A stretch of 64,000 nt of DNA from a candidate division FCPU426 bacterium (lineage in GTDB: Bacteria; Oederibacteriota; Muellerivitia; Muellerivitales; Muellerivitaceae), in contig CAWKAR010000027.1 of the NCBI GenBank assembly GCA_963847625.1, forward strand, positions 96,001 through 160,000. The letters are read 5' to 3'. Made by a program: the position numbers and the translations under genes. Numbering within the stretch: position 1 is the stretch's first letter; each line of letters starts with the position of its first letter. Positions 60,780 to 64,000 of the stretch are shown here, one piece after another. The notes under the pieces are model-generated. The model worked only from the letters and a program-made list of their open reading frames with translations. It searched no databases and was not told the DNA's origin.

Positions 60780-61155
60780 ACCTTTCTCCTTTTGATCCGA
60801 AAATCGATGGCTTATGGCTGAAATTACCAGGGTTTATCCAAGTTCATCTTGTTACATGCTGTATTAAGAAGAAGATTAAGAAATTAACATCGGTCCTGGG
60901 TCTGAAAAATGCAAGCCGGACTTTGCATTTATTTGGAGATCACTATTCCATCCCTCTCACTTCAGGTGAAAGGTCTGCGATTTTTAAAAGAACGACATTC
61001 TGCCATTCACGGAACCCAGAGAAAAGTTCAATTTTCCCGTGAAAACTAGTAAAATAATGATTGTCCCGCGTAAATTTACTTCCGGTTTTTTATTTGTTTT
61101 TTGATCCCTTTTCCCTTCTCTGAAGGGAAAGAATCTTCCAGAGACGAAGGATTCC

Positions 61156-63654
61156 ATGAAAGCCATCATTATGGCGGGTGGATTCGGAACCCGCATGCGA
61201 CCCCTGACTATCAACCTACCCAAACCCATGATCCCCATGGTGAACCGTCCCATCATGGAAATCATCTTGGATCTTCTCAAGAAACACTCCCTGACCGACG
61301 TGGTCGGCGTTATTTTTTACCAGCCCGAGATCATCACCGAGTATTTCCGCGACGGCGCCGAATTCGGCGTGCAGATGTTATATAAGTCAGCCGAGAGCGA
61401 CCTGGGTACCGCAGGCTCGGTGAAATCTTGCCAATCCCTGATCGAAGACAAGTTCATCGTCATCTCCGGAGACGTGCTCACCGATTTCAACCTTACCGAG
61501 GCCATCCGCTTCCACGAGAAAAAAAAAGCCAAGGCCACCATGGTCCTAACGCGGGTTGAAAACCCGCTGGCTTTCGGCGTGGTCATCACCGACAAAGACG
61601 GGAAAATCCAGAGATTCCTCGAGAAGCCGACCTGGGGGGAGGTTTTCTCCGACACGGTTAACACTGGCATTTATATCCTGGAGCCGGAAGTCCTGGACAT
61701 GATTCCCGCCAACGAGGAATACGATTTCTCCAAGAATCTTTTTCCCCAAATGCTCGAGAAAGGCATACCCCTCTACGGCTATATCGCCGAGGGTTATTGG
61801 GCCGACATCGGCAATTTGGACCAGTACCGCCTGGCCCACCAGGATATTTTCGCCGGTAAGGTGGATGTCCGCATCAAGGGATCACGCTTGAACAAAATCG
61901 GCAAGGAGATCTGGGCGGGCGAGAAGACCCATATCGACCCCACGGCCCAGTTCACGGGAACGGTGGTTGTTGGCGAGAACTGCAATATTGGCAAACACGC
62001 CAAGCTCACCAACTCTGTCCTGGGAGACGGATGCCAGGTGGAGGAAGGCGCGGTCCTTACCAACGCCATCTTATGGCGGAACGTTTCCATTGGCGCCGAA
62101 GCCCAAGTGCGGGAATGCGTGGTGGCTTCAGGGACTGATGTGCGGGAAAAGGCCAACATCTTCGAAGGGGCCATCGTCTCGGATAACTGTACCATCGGAC
62201 GTGACGCCGTCGTCAAGGCGGGTGTCAAGGTTTGGCCTAACAAGGTTGTGGAGGACGGTGGCCGGCTTTCCACCTCCTTGGTTTGGGGTGACAAGTGGGC
62301 GCGTTCCATCTTCGGACAGTACGGCGTCACGGGCATGGCCGGCATCGACATCACGCCCGAGTTCGCCAGCAAGATGGGGGCGGCCTACGGCGTGTCCCTG
62401 CCCAAGGGTTCCACGATTCTCACCTCCCGCGACATCCACAAAACCAGCCGCATGATCAACCGCGCCCTTATTTCGGGCATCCTTTCCTCGGGTGTCAACG
62501 TGCACGACCTACAGGAAATGCCCATCTCAGTTGCCCGGTACGCCGTCCCAAAACTATCCGACGCAGGTGGACTCCACACCCGCAAGAGCCCCTTCGACAA
62601 ACAGTTCATTGACATCAAGTTCTTCGACGGACGCGGGATGGCCCTTTCCTCGGGCAAGGAAAAGGGGATCGAAAACCTCTTCTACCGGGAAGACTTCCGC
62701 CGGGCCACCATGGAGGAGACGGGGGAGTTGATGTTCCCGCACCGGATGCTCGAGTTCTACCACCAGGGATTCCTGGACGCGTTGGACTTGAAATCCATCC
62801 TGGACTACAAGCCAAAAGTCGTCATTGATTACGCTTTCTCAGCGGCGGCGCCGATCTTCCCACTCCTGCTGGGAAAGTTAGGATGCGAGGTGGTGGCCTT
62901 GAACGCCTACATGGACGAGACCAAACTTACCAAGACCCCGGAGCAATTCCAGGCATCCCTCAAGCAGATGTCCGACATCGTCCCGACCCTCCACGCTAAT
63001 TTCGGGGTTTTGTTCGATTCCGGCGCCGAGAAGATTTTTGTCGTTGACGAGAAGGGCCACCTGTTAGGGGGGACGGAACTCCTGGCAGTTTTCTCTCTTT
63101 TCGCGTACCACACCCACAAGGGAGCCAAGACAGTTGTTCCCGTCAATAGTTCCCAGATACTGGAAGATTTGGCAAAGGCCAACGGCGGAACGGTGGTCCA
63201 TACGCGCACGACCTATTTCTCACTCATGGAAGCGGCCACCCAGAAAGACGTGGTGCTGGTGGGAGAATCGGACGGTGGCTTCATTTTTCCGCGATTTGCC
63301 CCCTTCATGGACGCCATGATGTCCACCGCCAAGCTGATGGAATTCATCGCCTTGGAAGGCAAACCCATTTCCCATTACCTGAAGGAGATCCCGAAAAAAG
63401 TCGAGATCAGCCAGACGGTCCATTGTTCCTGGGAGTTGAAGGGAAGCATCATGCGCCAGCTTATTGAGGATACGGCGAACGAGAAACGGGAGCTCATCGA
63501 CGGGGTGAAGATCAACCGCAACGGATCCTCGGTCATGATTTTGCCCGACGCCGACATGGCCCTTTTTCACGTCTCGGCCGAAGCTGAAAACGAGAAAAAA
63601 GCCCAGGAGTTGGTAACGGCCTACGTAGAGAAGATCAAGAAGTGGCAGAGCTGA
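61156..63654 (+). CDS. Mannose-1-phosphate guanylyltransferase / phosphomannomutase fusion
   Basis: MAGGFGTRMRPLT...PKP, FLEKP, hexapeptide repeats, C-terminal phosphohexomutase domains. Confidence 0.88.
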   Translation: MKAIIMAGGFGTRMRPLTINLPKPMIPMVNRPIMEIILDLLKKHSLTDVVGVIFYQPEIITEYFRDGAEFGVQMLYKSAESDLGTAGSVKSCQSLIEDKFIVISGDVLTDFNLTEAIRFHEKKKAKATMVLTRVENPLAFGVVITDKDGKIQRFLEKPTWGEVFSDTVNTGIYILEPEVLDMIPANEEYDFSKNLFPQMLEKGIPLYGYIAEGYWADIGNLDQYRLAHQDIFAGKVDVRIKGSRLNKIGKEIWAGEKTHIDPTAQFTGTVVVGENCNIGKHAKLTNSVLGDGCQVEEGAVLTNAILWRNVSIGAEAQVRECVVASGTDVREKANIFEGAIVSDNCTIGRDAVVKAGVKVWPNKVVEDGGRLSTSLVWGDKWARSIFGQYGVTGMAGIDITPEFASKMGAAYGVSLPKGSTILTSRDIHKTSRMINRALISGILSSGVNVHDLQEMPISVARYAVPKLSDAGGLHTRKSPFDKQFIDIKFFDGRGMALSSGKEKGIENLFYREDFRRATMEETGELMFPHRMLEFYHQGFLDALDLKSILDYKPKVVIDYAFSAAAPIFPLLLGKLGCEVVALNAYMDETKLTKTPEQFQASLKQMSDIVPTLHANFGVLFDSGAEKIFVVDEKGHLLGGTELLAVFSLFAYHTHKGAKTVVPVNSSQILEDLAKANGGTVVHTRTTYFSLMEAATQKDVVLVGESDGGFIFPRFAPFMDAMMSTAKLMEFIALEGKPISHYLKEIPKKVEISQTVHCSWELKGSIMRQLIEDTANEKRELIDGVKINRNGSSVMILPDADMALFHVSAEAENEKKAQELVTAYVEKIKKWQS

Positions 63655-63719
63655 AAAGCAGGACCGATGGATGATTCGATCGGGCGATAATTCGCCCTAA
63701 TTTTCGAAGAAAGCCAAGT

Positions 63720-64000
63720 GTGAACAAATATCTCCAGAAGTTGCTTCCGCTTTACCAGAAACTTGGCGTGAACATCCTGCCAACCGGTTTCGAGGTACCG
63801 GTCCCATCGTTAGCTGAGTTAGAACACCATGATTGGGAGAAAAAGTCCGCGCTTCCAGGGTTGGTTTTTTCCGAAAAAAAACAGCTCCGGCTCATGGGGG
63901 ATTTCACTAAGGCTTATTTCAAAGAGTTTCGGCGGTTTCCCCAAGTAGTTTCCGAAGAATCAGAAATTTTTTACATACAAAATCCAGCTTTTGGCCCGGT
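63720..64000 (+). CDS. 5' part of a probable class I SAM methyltransferase (runs off the window)
   Basis: Open frame to the window end; PVPSL...SALPG...FYIQNPAFGP pattern. Confidence 0.45.
   Translation, partial: MNKYLQKLLPLYQKLGVNILPTGFEVPVPSLAELEHHDWEKKSALPGLVFSEKKQLRLMGDFTKAYFKEFRRFPQVVSEESEIFYIQNPAFGP

Noticed and set aside
10807..63570. Many short overlapping alternative-frame ORFs in the ORF track
   Set aside because: They overlap well-supported genes and show no recognisable motifs

Overview
This is a 64-kb chromosomal window from a diderm bacterium (it has a TonB-dependent receptor, a beta-barrel porin and lipoproteins) that appears to degrade polysaccharides. The core content is: an AraC regulator next to a 2020-aa GH30 enzyme with a >1100-aa Thr/Pro stalk; a GH44 enzyme sharing the same C-terminal sorting-like domain; nitrogen-acquisition loci (porin-PII and two amtB-PII pairs, with sigma54 promoters before the porin and the first amtB); and htpX, a LacI regulator, dsbD, an Mrp/ApbC protein and a mannose-1-P guanylyltransferase/phosphomannomutase. 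Several mobile elements have clear ends and target duplications: two IS30, one IS4, a 211-bp MITE, and a 4.1-kb IS1-like cargo transposon that carries a Panacea TA module, a candidate structured ncRNA and a nested IS3. The most unusual structure lies at 25.2-39.9 kb: two convergent arrays of gene cassettes with no recombinase in the window. Their junctions sort into attL-, attP- and attR-type arm combinations. One array has a 6-bp GGCCAG core inside a degenerate tRNA-Gln-like 3' end; the other has a 2-bp AA core. Protein calls come from motif recognition only. Three frameshifts fall in homopolymers and may be sequencing errors.
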